This document shows positions 49,932 to 62,619 of a DNA stretch of 64,000 nt, one piece after another. The translations under genes were made by a program, and so were the position numbers. A model generated the notes under the pieces. The model saw only the letters and a program-made list of their open reading frames with translations. It did no database searches and was not told where the DNA came from. Location of the stretch: the NCBI GenBank assembly GCA_038496445.1, contig JALMLS010000179.1:186001-250000 (forward strand), in the 5' to 3' direction. Every line of letters begins with the position of its first letter. The stretch's first letter is position 1. The stretch is from Trichosphaerium sp. ATCC 40318. Taxonomy: Eukaryota > Protista > Tubulinea.

Positions 49932-51744
49932 ATGAACGTACCTTTTCAAGACATTGATTCACTCGGATCATTCCCAGACATAGTATCCATGGAACCAATA
50001 GAGCACACGGGTGTAACACCAATGAACACTGACTACACTATTAAGTCTGAACAACATTCGCTAGCAGTGCGTCTTGTGCATCCTATACCTCATTGCTTAA
50101 GAACTAACCCAATGGAGAACGACTTCTCGATTTCTTTGGAAATACCGCGTACAGAGTACAGGCGTGGTGATTGGCGCGCTATAATGAAAAGAAAGCTGAG
50201 AACTCAAGCAAATGCAGGTCAAAATTATATGTTGTGCGAATACATACACGGAGAAGAGATAGAAGCAAAGATATCCGTCATACAAGGTTTAGAATTAGGT
50301 GGCGTTGAAACAATCGTAGAAAACATGGGTTGGTCGTTATACGCACGCCTAGGTACAATGACACGCGCATAACCAACCGTTTTTTATTATTAACACTTTA
50401 TTATTAGTTGTCGTTAAAAACACCAGTGACGTTGATGGTACGTATTCTATCTCTAAAAAACACGTAGAACATACTACTTTTAATCCTCCACAAGCGCATT
50501 CCGCTTTAAAAATTATGTTTTTGTTACAAAATGACACGCTTTCATTTGTAATATTATACTGTCGTTATTTAGTACGTTATTTACTTATTTTTATTTTAGT
50601 TGTCAGCGATTGGGCACTTTGCTCGATGCGTTGTAATGGATCGTACATTTACCAAGTCCTACCACCTTGCTCTGCTAGTTATGGTACTAACAAGCGCCCT
50701 GGTATCTTTCATATTGAAGCACAAATTGTTTCTGACAGAGAAAACTTATTTTCTAAATCACACGAGTTTTTCGTTTCTAGAAAGGATACTATAGGTACAA
50801 TAATGCTCTACACCCTTTTAAAAAAATAGTTTTGGGGACTTTAAGATGGTCTCATAATCTTCTCGTCAATCAACTTCAAAAAACCAACATTTCTCAATGG
50901 CTTCGTTTTATTTGCGTGTCAAACTCATGGAATACCACCACTATAACTTTAACAAATAATACCACAACTTTGGGTGATGTTCCGAATATCTGAGTTGATT
51001 TGGAACATCATCTGTCAGTTTGGAGGTGGCATTTTCGCGAACGTTTTTTTTTGATTGCAATTGCTTCTGCCGTCATTTAATTTTTCACAGACGGTTGTAC
51101 TCAGTTTTTTTATTGTTTTACTTACTTGGTTTAAAATAGTTGAGCGTGAAAGGAAAAAGAGGAAAAAAACAGAACAAGATTCAGCTGTTGATGCAAAGAG
51201 GCAGAAAATACAAAACGTTTTGGAAGCCGATACGGTTATTGAGCCTTGGTACGCACCCATCTATCACCAGTTTTGTTCCGTATAACTCCCAATGTCCCAC
51301 CAATTCCCGAATTGTTGTTTTTTTTTCCTTTGCTTTTTAGACTTGACTCTGTACCACAGGTGTGAGTTCAATATTGACTCTGATAAAGAAGTTCTTATAA
51401 GTGGTGACTTGAAACCGGTACAAAGGATAGAATTAAACTGCCCTGCATACTGTAACGCGAAGACTTGGAGATTTGGACGTGTTCCTGATGTTACTGAAGT
51501 AGATTTTCTTTTACTTGATCCTAGAATATCTAAAGCCGGTATTCTTCTTGTTGACTACGTTGATGGAGAGTTCAAGGCTATGGTTGTCGTTAATAACATG
51601 TGTGCTTACAAGGTGTACTTTACGAGGAATGGAAACACAGGGATACTTAACGGTGCTATAAGACTCATAGAAGGCGATAAATTAAGGCTTGGAAAGACGA
51701 CTTTGACTGTTTCTAGTATTTTTTCTAAAAACGCCCAAAAATAA
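49932..51744 (+). CDS. Nuclear protein with basic NLS and C-terminal FHA-like domain
   Basis: RERKKRKK and KRQK basic clusters. C-terminus WRFGR..VDFLL.DPRISK..RLIEGDKLRLGKTTL fits the FHA pattern. Confidence 0.6.
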
Positions 51745-52449
51745 TTTTACAATCAGGCACGTGATTGTATTTTTATTGTAGTCATTGTCTCATTCTTGAA
51801 AACCTTATTTTTTGATCGAGAAAAACACAAAGAGTGTATACTAAAACAAATTGAATGTAAAAAGTAAATAGTTTGTAGCAGAAATATAAAGCAAGTTCAT
51901 TAGAATTGTGGTATTTCAAGGCATGTGTTTGTCCAAAAGTAGTTTTCGTTCTGAATGTTAACTGATTAGTAGTACTGGTAAACATTTAGGTACACTATTG
52001 GCGACAGTGGAACTCCATAGTGATGTATGGTGCTGGGTTGCTTTCATTAACAATACATGATGCCCATATCTAAAAAGTTGCATTATTGCTTAAACTCTTG
52101 CAGCCATTCCTTATTGGTAATAAAGTACTGTAAAAGTCCAGCGTAAAAAATCAGACTCTTCAATGGACTACATATTGAGCAATCATCAAACCATTTAGAA
52201 CCAGAACTAACGGAGGTACATTGATAAGATACGGTATTGTAGCTGATTTTTACCTTTCATCCGCCCATTAATTGCCTAATTTGGCCTCCCGTGTTTGTCC
52301 TATGGTCATCAAACCTTGGTCATTGCAATATGTACTGTACTTACCTAAAAGTAGCTTTAAGCTACAAACATACGTAATGAACAGCCTTCTTGGCTTATTA
52401 TGACCTCCAAGTAAATGACAGATAGCGGAAAAAACAAGCTATTTATTAT

Positions 52450-53658
52450 TTATAGAATTATTCTAACATCAGTAGTAATTGTAATTGACAGATCTAAAAA
52501 AGTTATTTTAGAGCGCGGAGAGACATCTTGTAGGTTGTCGATGCCTTGGTTTGTCACCTTCTTACAATACATAATTTCAATGTTATCAACTCCTACAAGT
52601 GCCTTTATGCCCTCGTCTGTTATTTGATTACAGCCAACCAATTTAATTTTATGAACACCTTTGAGGGCTTTGATTGCTTCATCTGTAACCTTCTTTAAGT
52701 GCTTCAAGGTTATAGCATGAACACCTCCCAGAGCCTTAATTCCATTGTCTGTTACTTGATCGCATGCGCACAAGATAACCGAGTATATATTTTTGAGTGC
52801 TTTTATACCTCTGTCCGTTATTGTGTGACAATGTTCCAAGGTGATGGAATGGACACCTTTCAATGATTTGATGCCTTTATCCGTTATTCTATCACAGTAT
52901 GCCAATTTAATTTTATGAACACCTTCAAGCGCTTTTATACCTTCATCTGTTACATGATAACATTTCCTAATACTGATGGTATGTACTCCTTTCAGTGCTT
53001 TAATGGCTTCATCTGTTATTGGGTTACTGTTAAGGTATATCTTATGAACTCCTTTGATCGCTTTAACACCCTCATCTGTTACCTTCTTGCAGTGTCTTAA
53101 GTTGATTGTATGAACTCCTCTAAGTGCTTTAATGCCTTCATCTGTTACTTGTTTGCATGAAAATAAGTTTATTACATGTACTCCTTTTAGTGCTTTAACA
53201 CCTCTATCTGTAATATTAAAACATCCGCCCAAGTTAATAGTGTGAACGCCTTTGAGTGGTATGATACCTTTGTCTGTTATGCGTTTACACCCTACCAAAT
53301 TGATTGTATGAACTCCTTTGAGCGCTCTGATACTCTTATCCGCTACAGTTTCATCATGCAGTGTAATATTACGAACTCCTATTAGATACTTGTAGTTATC
53401 GTTAAATCTTGCACCTGGACCAATTCTAATCCTCTTTTTTTTTATTAATTTCGGTGCTTGCTTCCACAGTCTCTTTAGATCCCGTGGGTTATTTAATCTT
53501 ATCGTGTTGCGCTTGTATTTGAGATACTTTCTTGCTATTGTAATAAAAAGAGAGCACGTTTGAACAACAGATTGAATGGAGGACGTAGGAACGAAGTTTA
53601 AAATAAGTATTATTGCCTCCAAAGGCAAGTAATCAATAAATCGGATAGTTGACTCCAT
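52450..53658 (-). CDS. F-box + ~13 LRR (21/22-aa) protein, intronless
   Basis: IDYLPLEAIILILNFV..VVQTCSLF followed by TDEGIKALKGVHTINLxxC repeats. Confidence 0.9.
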   Translation of the reverse strand: MESTIRFIDYLPLEAIILILNFVPTSSIQSVVQTCSLFITIARKYLKYKRNTIRLNNPRDLKRLWKQAPKLIKKKRIRIGPGARFNDNYKYLIGVRNITLHDETVADKSIRALKGVHTINLVGCKRITDKGIIPLKGVHTINLGGCFNITDRGVKALKGVHVINLFSCKQVTDEGIKALRGVHTINLRHCKKVTDEGVKAIKGVHKIYLNSNPITDEAIKALKGVHTISIRKCYHVTDEGIKALEGVHKIKLAYCDRITDKGIKSLKGVHSITLEHCHTITDRGIKALKNIYSVILCACDQVTDNGIKALGGVHAITLKHLKKVTDEAIKALKGVHKIKLVGCNQITDEGIKALVGVDNIEIMYCKKVTNQGIDNLQDVSPRSKITFLDLSITITTDVRIIL

Positions 53659-54329
53659 AGTACAATCTTGAGTCTTGTCCTTGAATCTAAACGATGAAGA
53701 AAATAATTAGGCTGCTCGCTTTAGCAACAAACTGATCAAGTGGGACAACGAAGACCAAGCAAAAAAAATTAGGCATTTTCTTCGAAATCCTTTCTTTTGG
53801 AGGCCTTTTGTACAACATTTTTGCAGAAAACAGCGCTTTTTTTAGTCAGTCGTGGCTCTAATCAATTTCGTGGAAAAGTAGTGCAAACCCATACGACTCC
53901 TTGTTTTGCTTGAACGTTTAGTTGTATGAACCAACCTTTCTGTCAGTAAAATCCAAACATATGACGCCTACCACATGTGGTAGCAGCCAAAAGCAACAGA
54001 AAGAAGAAATTGCCACAAGAAGAATCCCAGCTTATTCCAATATAAGACCAGTGTCAGTCATGTTATATCTGTTGCCGTTATACAAATGAAACATAGAATA
54101 CCTATCGAGTGAGTCGGGATGAACTAACGTAACACTAAATACAACCACCAACATGAATTGACTAGCAGCCAAAAAATTGTGAAAAATCCTTAGATACACC
54201 AGAAAATAAACTTACAATTTAATTATCTTTACAACTGGGACGCCATAAAAAAAACCAGTTCAAGTATATAATACTACTTTGTAATGACTACACTGTAAGG
54301 TCTAATTTTTGTATCAGTTTCATTCTCAT

Positions 54330-55250
54330 CTAAAAAGGAGAATATCTACTTATTTGCGAAGGCGACCAACTAAGTTGACAACCAATCTTTGTAATCGCGT
54401 CATATTCAGCCATGCCTGATACACCTGAAACAACACTAGCACCATTCAATGATCCAATACACTTCCTTGTAACTTTATAACAATCATTGAACCGAATAGC
54501 ATCAACACCTGCCAATGCTTTGATCCCTTCATCAGTAACATCGCACTTACTTACATCAATGGTATGAACGCCCGCCAATGCTTTGATCCCTTCATCAGTA
54601 ACTAGACCGCATTCTGATAAATCAATAACATGTACACCTGCTAATGCCTTTACACCTTTAGAAGTAACATTCTTGCTTGAATGTATATCAATATAATAGC
54701 ACCAGCAAGAGCCTCAACTCCTTCATCTGTTATTTTACTAGAGCCAGAACAAATGATTGTATGGACACCTCTTAGAGCTTGTAAGCATTCATCTGTTAGT
54801 GTCCAAACACGGTTGAGATTAATCGAATGAATACCGGAAAGATCCATGATGCCGATATCAGTTACAAAGAACTTGAGCGTTACAGCAGTGTTTCTGTATA
54901 ACGACTTGTGGAAATCTTTGATTTCTCCATTATGTTTTAGTACTGCTCTTGTGTACCCTACGTGCTCTCTTATCGCATGCCAGAAAATAGACCAAGCTCT
55001 AGCTGCGCTATAGCGTGTTTTGGGGCGCTTACATTCATTTAAAACTTTAACTATGATTTCTATCGGTAAATCATAGATTGATGCCTTGCTTGTACTGTAA
55101 TAGTCATAAGTAAGCGTATTTAATATTGTTGTAAACAAACAAACTAGCGCAGTGTCTATCAACAACGTACATAACTGAACTGCTGTCAATTGCTGAATCT
55201 ACATTGTCATCTTCTTCACTACCTGATGCGTCGTACATTCTAGATGCCAT
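54330..55250 (-). pseudogene. F-box + ~7 LRR gene with a 1-nt frameshift
   Basis: Exon 1 MASRMYDASG.., intron, F-box IYDLPIEIIVKVL. At ~54698, adding one T to 'ggtgct attatattgat' restores GAYYIDIHSSKNVTSKGVKAL and joins the two ORFs. This could be a sequencing error. Confidence 0.75.
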
Positions 55251-56002
55251 TTTTTTTACATTGAGGTTGACTTATGCTGTTAGTCTTAAGCAACTACTGG
55301 ATGCTTGCACTAGTTGTAGGTTAAAAATTGCAACAACAAGCTTTAAACTGAGAGTAAAGTGCAGCTTTTAGCTCAAATTATACACTTAGACCTTGAGTTT
55401 ACAAAGGTCAGGATAGTCATCTTTAAACATTCAAAAAGATAGGAATCCATTTATGAGCCTAATTGTTAATCAATATGAGCTTGTATTGAAATTTTGACTT
55501 GCGTCAATGCAAAATGGCTGGACACATTTTTCACTAAGAGTTTGTAGACATCAGCAGTAACTCTTGATGAACAATTTGTCAACTTTCTAATAGTGTAACG
55601 CTACAATTTTCACGTGAACGGGTGAACGGGATAAAAAAACACCCGCAGTTATCGCGATCTTGTCAACTTTCTCACAAGGTAAAAATTTTTGAAAACACGT
55701 GATAATTAAAACCGCCAATCCAGTCAGCGGTTCATGTAGTATATTTGCGTTGACAACGAGTGACTACCTTTGTAAAAACGCACTCTTTTTGTGAACAGAA
55801 AGTACTTATTTCTCCGAGAGCTTCCCTGAAGGTTACACAAGAATAAAGACTGCCATCATAAAACATCATAGAACGCACTATAGAATACTTCTATGTATTT
55901 TTTTGCGTTACATAATAGTAGCTGTCTTGTAATGTCGATCACTATTCAAGACTTAATACATTCACTTAAAGCTGACTTTAAAACCAACCACTATCCTACA
56001 AG

Positions 56003-56272
56003 ATGAAAGCTTCTACTACAACAGCTCTAGCCCTTTTCGCAATCGCCATCATTGCTATTGTTCTCTCTTGTGACTTGCCAAGTATTGACGAATGCCAGGT
56101 TGCTTTTACCGACTGTCTCGATACAGCTGATGGAAGAGAATATTGTACTGTATGCTACACGAATGATATACACTGTCTTCAAAACATTGGATGTCAAGGT
56201 CAACCTGTATGGAACAAGCTAGTTTCTCTATGCGAGATGGGGCAAGTATGTCTGAACTGTACTATTTGGTGA
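56003..56272 (+). CDS. Small secreted protein with 10 Cys in the mature region
   Basis: Signal peptide MKASTTTALALFAIAIIAIVLS and a 67-aa mature region. AATAAA follows at 56281. Confidence 0.75.
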   Translation: MKASTTTALALFAIAIIAIVLSCDLPSIDECQVAFTDCLDTADGREYCTVCYTNDIHCLQNIGCQGQPVWNKLVSLCEMGQVCLNCTIW

Positions 56273-56432
56273 TTCAACCAAATAAAAAAGCGCTATCAAA
56301 GAGCCTTCTCACTCAAGTTTGTTCTTGTTTTCTCTCGTACATAGTTCGTTTAAATATTTAGTTTCGTAGCTCAGCTTTTGTTTGTGAAACCAAGACTTCG
56401 TAAAGTTACGGTATTTTTTATTACATAGTTAT

Positions 56433-59400
56433 TTACAGCTTTTTCTTCAATTGTGCCAACTCACATGTTGCGACTACGTCGAACACAGACTTGGTTAATC
56501 CCTTACAGCACTTGATAAGAGATTTGGCTGCTGTTGGGTCATCATCGCTAGATGAAGCCTAAAAAAACGTTGTGAGTACCGACAACAAATAGATTCCCAA
56601 AAGTTAAACGTACCTTTACAGCAGCTACAATCTTAAGCTGAATACCGAAATTCTTTGATACAGCAGCACTATCAGTAATATGCTCGCTTAAACGTTGATC
56701 AGTGCATGCAGCACCTGCACGTTTACCAGCAGCCTCTACTTCTCTGATGGTAGTAGCAATCTCTCTAGCAGTCATAATGACATCACGTTTACTACCAGTC
56801 TTGGCAACCTAAGTAGAGAAAATCAACAAAAACAAAAACAGAAAATGTTTGTTTAGACGTACGTCTGATAATTTCCTTAGAAGGTCAGCAATCTTATTTG
56901 CCAATGTAACAAGTTGTCCAGCAGGAGTATTATCTTCTTTGTACTTTAACAAGTCATTCTCTAGGGCTAAACCAGCTCTATAGATTTCATCCTTGCCAGC
57001 CATTTCAGCCTCAAGTTCAGCTTGTCTTCGTCTGAAAAACAAACGTCAGAACTCACTATGAGATTTAAAACATACCTGGCTTCTTCTTCTTGGCTCTTTT
57101 CCCACTCCTTACGTGACTCTTTAAGTGCCTTACCAGACTTTTCTGTAGAATTTACAAAGTCCTTAAAAGCACGGATATCATTCCTGACATCTTGTAGTGC
57201 TTGTTTATCGTTCTGATTACCAAGAGCTCTCTTGGCATCAGTGACAAGGTCCTTGTACATTGTATCCAACTTTTCAGCATTGGCACGCATGCTTGCGGCA
57301 GCTAAAAAGAAAAAAAACAATCAACAAACAAACTAGCAAAGAAGAAAAAATAAATGCGAAAAAAGTTACCTTGTGGATCGTGGCTACTCTTATCAGCTAC
57401 AGCATTCATGATAGCCTTATGCTTACGTACTTGATTCATCAAGTCACGTAATCCTGCTGCAGCGCCTGGAGCGTTATAGCTTTCAACATCATTACGTATT
57501 CTATCAAGTACTCTGTTCATAGTACGAGCAGAACCCGAAAGTTTATCTTCAGCAGCGACATTATCAGCAGCATCAACGAGGCCATCTGATATGTTTGTAA
57601 TATCATTAAGCATGCGATCTAAGTCCAATAAGGCTTGAGCGTTCTCATTATTAAGAGCGGCCTTGATGATAGGTAGAAGACCATTAATAAGATCTTTATC
57701 GAGTTGTTGTGCAAGCTCTAAGAGCGTTCTTTGAAGTTCTGGATCATCAATGCCTTCAGCAATAAGCTTAGCTAGTAGAGCTTGTACGCTTGTATCATTG
57801 TTCAAGTTTTGTAGAGCAGAAGCAATTTGGTCAAGATCACCGTCTAGGAACAAAACTCGTTAGGCATATTTCACAAACAAAAACAGATGTTTGATCTTTA
57901 CCTTTAATTGCTTCCTTGAGTCTATCAATGTCACCTCTTACTTTACCATTCAAGTTATTCATCTCATCATCAGGTGCACCAATAGCAGCATCAACGAGTA
58001 CGTTATTTGCATTGGAGACATTGTCCAAAGCATTTTGCAAATTTTTCTTGGCTTGTTCACGTTGCTGAAATAACAGTAAGACTAATTTATCTGTGAACGA
58101 GCCATTACGTACAGCGTTATCTCTAGTAGGCGCAAAAGCATCTTTTGTGGCGCCCAAAAGCTTAGCAGCTGAGTCTTTTAATTTATCAGCAGCGTCAGCA
58201 ATAACACGTCTCAAGGCTGGATCTTGAGCCTATGTAATCAAACATTAGTAAACGGCGGTATCCGACAATCATTTGCACTTTACCTGTGCCCATCCTTTGG
58301 CAAGTTCTACTTGAGGTTTGATCTCACTGACGATTTCTTTAACGCCGTTTGTGATATTAGGTTTGTTAAGAGATTGTTGTCTTGTTTCTGGAACAAGCCT
58401 CTTTACAGCATCATCAATCTTAGCTGCATTGTCGAGAAGTTCCTGTGGAGTTGTGTTTTCACTTGCATTAATAAGATCACCGAGTTTATTTCTTAATCTA
58501 TCTATAGCATCCTGGAGAGCAGATAGATCCGGTTTACCACTCTACAAATACAAAATCAGAGACTGAACTTTTATTTCCCTTCTTTTTTTAAAACGTACGC
58601 CATTCCTCAATGCATTCTCTACAGCATCTCTCAAAGCGTCAGGTGAGTCTAATAATGAGTTAAACAAAGGAAGTCTATTAGTTTTCTTTAAAGTGCGCAC
58701 TCTTTAAGTAATCACCAGCATCTTTGAGGCGGTTTGCACGGAATGGATCATCGTCAACTACTTTAAGAAGTGCGTCTGCCATATCAGCCAATGTATTAGC
58801 GTTATCTGCTACTTCATCAATCATTTGCATAGCCTCAGGTCTGTTACGGTTGTTAACAGTAGGTGGAAGTTCATCAAGCAAGTCATCCAAATTTCTAGCT
58901 GCTTGAAGCATCTGATCACGTGCAGGACCTTGTAAAACCTTGGCACTAAAAATAATATTAACACAGCACAAATAATGTAAAAATGTTCCTACTTTTGGAG
59001 AGCGGTAACAATTAAATTTTCAAAAACAAAAAAAAATCAACATACACTTCTTTGTCCAAGTCATCTAATAATTGATTTACTCTTGTTGGATCTCCTGATC
59101 TCACAGCATCTCTAGCTGCATCACCAATACTATCTAGCATGTTTCCTAATTTATCTCGTAGCCTATCAATAGCGTCTTGAAGTTTTCTTCTTAAATTTGG
59201 ATCTTTAATATTTCGTAGAGCATTCTCAGCTGCATCTCTGTATGAAAAAAGTTAATCAAGATTGGAACATCACACGCAGCGTTCTAAAAAAAACCGTACA
59301 ATTGATCACCTAAGTTTCCTTTGATGTCATGTAAAATTGTGTCTAGTTCGTCCTCATCTCCATCAGCTATTGCTTTCTTCATTGCACGTATAAAGTCTGG

Positions 59401-60380
59401 TACAGATCTGACATTTACAACTTCCTCTGGGCCAAAGATCATATCACCGACTTCAGCATCAAGCAAGCTCAAGTCGAATGGAGATTTAGCGCTCAAGCGA
59501 ACACCTTCAGCTAATTGAGCCAAAGCACTGTTCATAACAGAAGCTGTATCATCACGAGCACCGATAACAGAACGATCCTACAAAAATTAATCAAAAAAAG
59601 AGCTAAAAATCGCTAGTAAGATGCAATAGGTACCTTGTCTATACTAGCTTGTACGCAAAGTTTTGATAGTTCAGGTGTTGACTTCTTCAATTCCAAGGCA
59701 GCTTCATAAATCATTCTTTTTACAGGAGGATCGTGGACTTGGGCTAATCGCCAATCTACAATATCAAGCATTTGTTTAATACCAGCCTCTAACTCATCTT
59801 CAGCGAATGTTGGGTCTTTATGTTTCTATAGTTCGTAAGTACGCTTGATTTTTGAGTTTGGAATTTGACACCAGATTAAATGACGTACATCTAGGCGATC
59901 TTTGTTCATTTTACAATGTTTCAAGAGTAATGTAACCTCGTACAAGTCATTTAATTGTAACAAGCGAACCATGTGTCTCATGATCTCTAAATTGCCATAT
60001 TAATTTCCGTACAACGTGTATAAGTGCATACCTTTGCCGCTGTCTAGAATTGCTTGCTTTGCATTCTGATCCATAGGATTCCGTTTAAGGGCGACTGCGG
60101 AGTTCGCAATTACGCTTACATTATCGCCTACACCATTAGAGCATTGACTCATCTCGTTGCCCATGTGTTCAGACCCAATTTGTTTCCAAAGAGAGACAGT
60201 ATTTTGCGCTTGCGCCAATAGGTAATCAGTCGCCTTCTTAAGCATCTGAGAACCGTTTACGAGGTTTGTCATTATCTTTTCGTTAGCGTGAGCCTCAGAA
60301 GCAAAGATCACCAGAGCGGAGACAGCGTCAGCTACAGACTCTAGTAAAACCTCGATATCTACTCTTTGTGGCTTGTCCAT
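56433..60380 (-). CDS. Vinculin / alpha-catenin family protein
   Basis: N-terminus LLESVADAVSALVI, helical-bundle repeats, and tail KRDVIMTAREIA..CTDQRL..NFGIQLKIVAAVK..LIKCCKGL. Confidence 0.88.
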
Positions 60381-60754
60381 TGTTTTGTAGCTAGTTACAC
60401 GTTAATATTTCGCGCAAGTAATGAGTAACTTACTGTACAACCTCGTTGAGATTGTTGTGTTAATTTAATGAAATTTTTTGCCTAAGTACAATAAAAGTTG
60501 GGCAAAAAAGCCGTCGTCGCTAGTTTACGCAAAAAGCCACAAAACCGGTGAATGAACAACTGAGCACCTCATACAGCCTACTTATTGTTTAATACATTGG
60601 TATTACCGCAAAAACGGAAACTGGCGCAAATGCTGCTTTCCGGTTCTCGTTCAACGCGTAAAAATGGGTATTTAAACGTGTACAAAACTAAATAACGCTC
60701 TACGAGCGAGTTTATAAAATCGGTACATAAAATACAAAATGCCTAGTGGCATTT

Positions 60755-62390
60755 TAACCAAATAAGTTGCTCAGCGCTGAATCTACGTCTTTCCAACCCG
60801 TGGCTTCAAGAGCCTTATGACCTTCTTGCTGAGTGTAGCCATGTTGCATAACAGCGGCTAGAAGCTGGTTTCGTCGGTTGTACTCGTCTTGGCGAGCCTG
60901 AAGCTTGTCCTTGTATTTGGACTGGAATTCCTTTAATTTCTTTGCTAGTAACACCTAGTAGCCATATGTAAGTATAAATGCCTGAAATCACAAGCTATAT
61001 TGATCGTACATCTAAACGCTGAAACAACGCTTCCCATTGCTTACGTTGAGGAGCATACTTGTTCCTCTCGTTTAAGACGGCCTCAGCATACCCATGATAT
61101 GCGTCAATGCCCTATAGTAGTACGTTTAATGTTGAAAAACAGAATGTTGTCACATACGATGCATCTACGCTTGCACAAAGCCATAACTTTTTGGATTTGC
61201 TCCAAATCTTCATTTTCTTTTTGCTTCTGCAAGCACTCTTTTACAGGTGTAAAATCAATGAAGGTGGCTGTAATTTGTGGGATGACGGTTTGACCGGATA
61301 CAGTCATATCTGCCATTGCTGAAGGAGGATTACCGCCAGGATTAGTAAACCATACCAGAAAATGATCTAAGGACATGAAATGAGCTTCTTATTGGTACTC
61401 ACAGCAGCAAGTGCATCACTAAGCGTACCTTCTCCCAAAATGTGCGGATTGTAGTACTCGCTAAATTGTACGTAGCTCTATACTTTTATTTCAGCAAATA
61501 CAACGAGGAGAACAAAAACCGTACTCGTAAATAACCAATTTCAGCTTTGTAGACCTTGTCAAACTCAATGCGCTTCTGAAAGTAGTCTTTTAATTGCTTT
61601 TCAGGTGGTGTTTCGTTTGATAAGTAAATATCTGCGAAGATGTCAAAAAAGTCAATATGTTGTTCAAGTCATTGTGTAGTTGCACGTACGTCCTTTTGGC
61701 ATTGCTTTGTTGACACGATGTATAGTCATATTTGATGGGCCTGTTACCACTTGAGCGGCTTGGTGAACCTTTTCTACGCGTCCTTGAAGGATTTCTACCC
61801 AATCCTGGACTTGGCGTACATCCGAACATACACAGTATATTTCATAGTCTTGAATACTCGTTAGAACGACTCACAAATAATGCTATCGTACTTCCTGCCG
61901 GTGGTGGGGCCATTACAGGTATCATAAATGCAGGTCCTTTTAATTTTGGGTCACTCATGGCTTTGAGGCCCTTGCCGTAAATAAATTCGAGGTTAAGCAT
62001 CTCTGTGCGTAGGGTTAGGTAAGCGTAAAGTAAATGCCAGAAAAGGAAATTTCGATTGTTGTACCTTTAGGAAGCTCGTCGTTCTTCATGCTCTTTCCTT
62101 TACTTGGTGCCTTGTAAAGACAGAGGTAGTTATAGTGTAAAACGGCCAATCGCAATTCTAATTTGTTTTTCTTCTTTCCCACGCGTACCATACCTTGGTA
62201 TTGTTGCGAATAGCTTGTTCGCTCGTACGGGTATTGATTCTACCATAAATACCCTTAGCAGTTGTATACTGTATTGTACTAGTACCTTGGGCGCTGTACC
62301 ATGCTTGAAGTTACCTTTAGAGCTTCGCGATACATCATCGTCTTCAAACACGGACTTTGACCTAAAAGCGCCCTTGTTATTGCTAGACAT
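60755..62390 (-). CDS. Hypothetical multi-exon protein with C-terminal UBA domain
   Basis: The last exon AAVMQHGYTQQEGHKALEATGWKDVDSALSNLF fits the UBA pattern and follows a coiled coil. The upstream exons are unassigned. Confidence 0.6.
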
Positions 62391-62619
62391 GTTGTTGAAC
62401 CTTTCGAGACGGCTGTTGTACGGGTCAAAAATGTGTCAACACTTAAAAAAAATACCACAAGTTCCTTCAAGGACCTTTCACGTAATGAACTAATATTGTT
62501 GGATTAAAATCCGTCTTTGTAGTTTATTTAGTGGAGTATTTTCATATTCGCTCTGTCTTTGGTTGATTCTGGTGATCCATTAATGTCGCTTTGTTCTTGC
62601 CTTGGTCTCAGTGTTAGTT

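Noticed and set aside
30000-56000. Endogenous giant-virus insertion
   Set aside because: No NCLDV hallmark genes, and intron-rich host genes (SHK, G-alpha) are interleaved.
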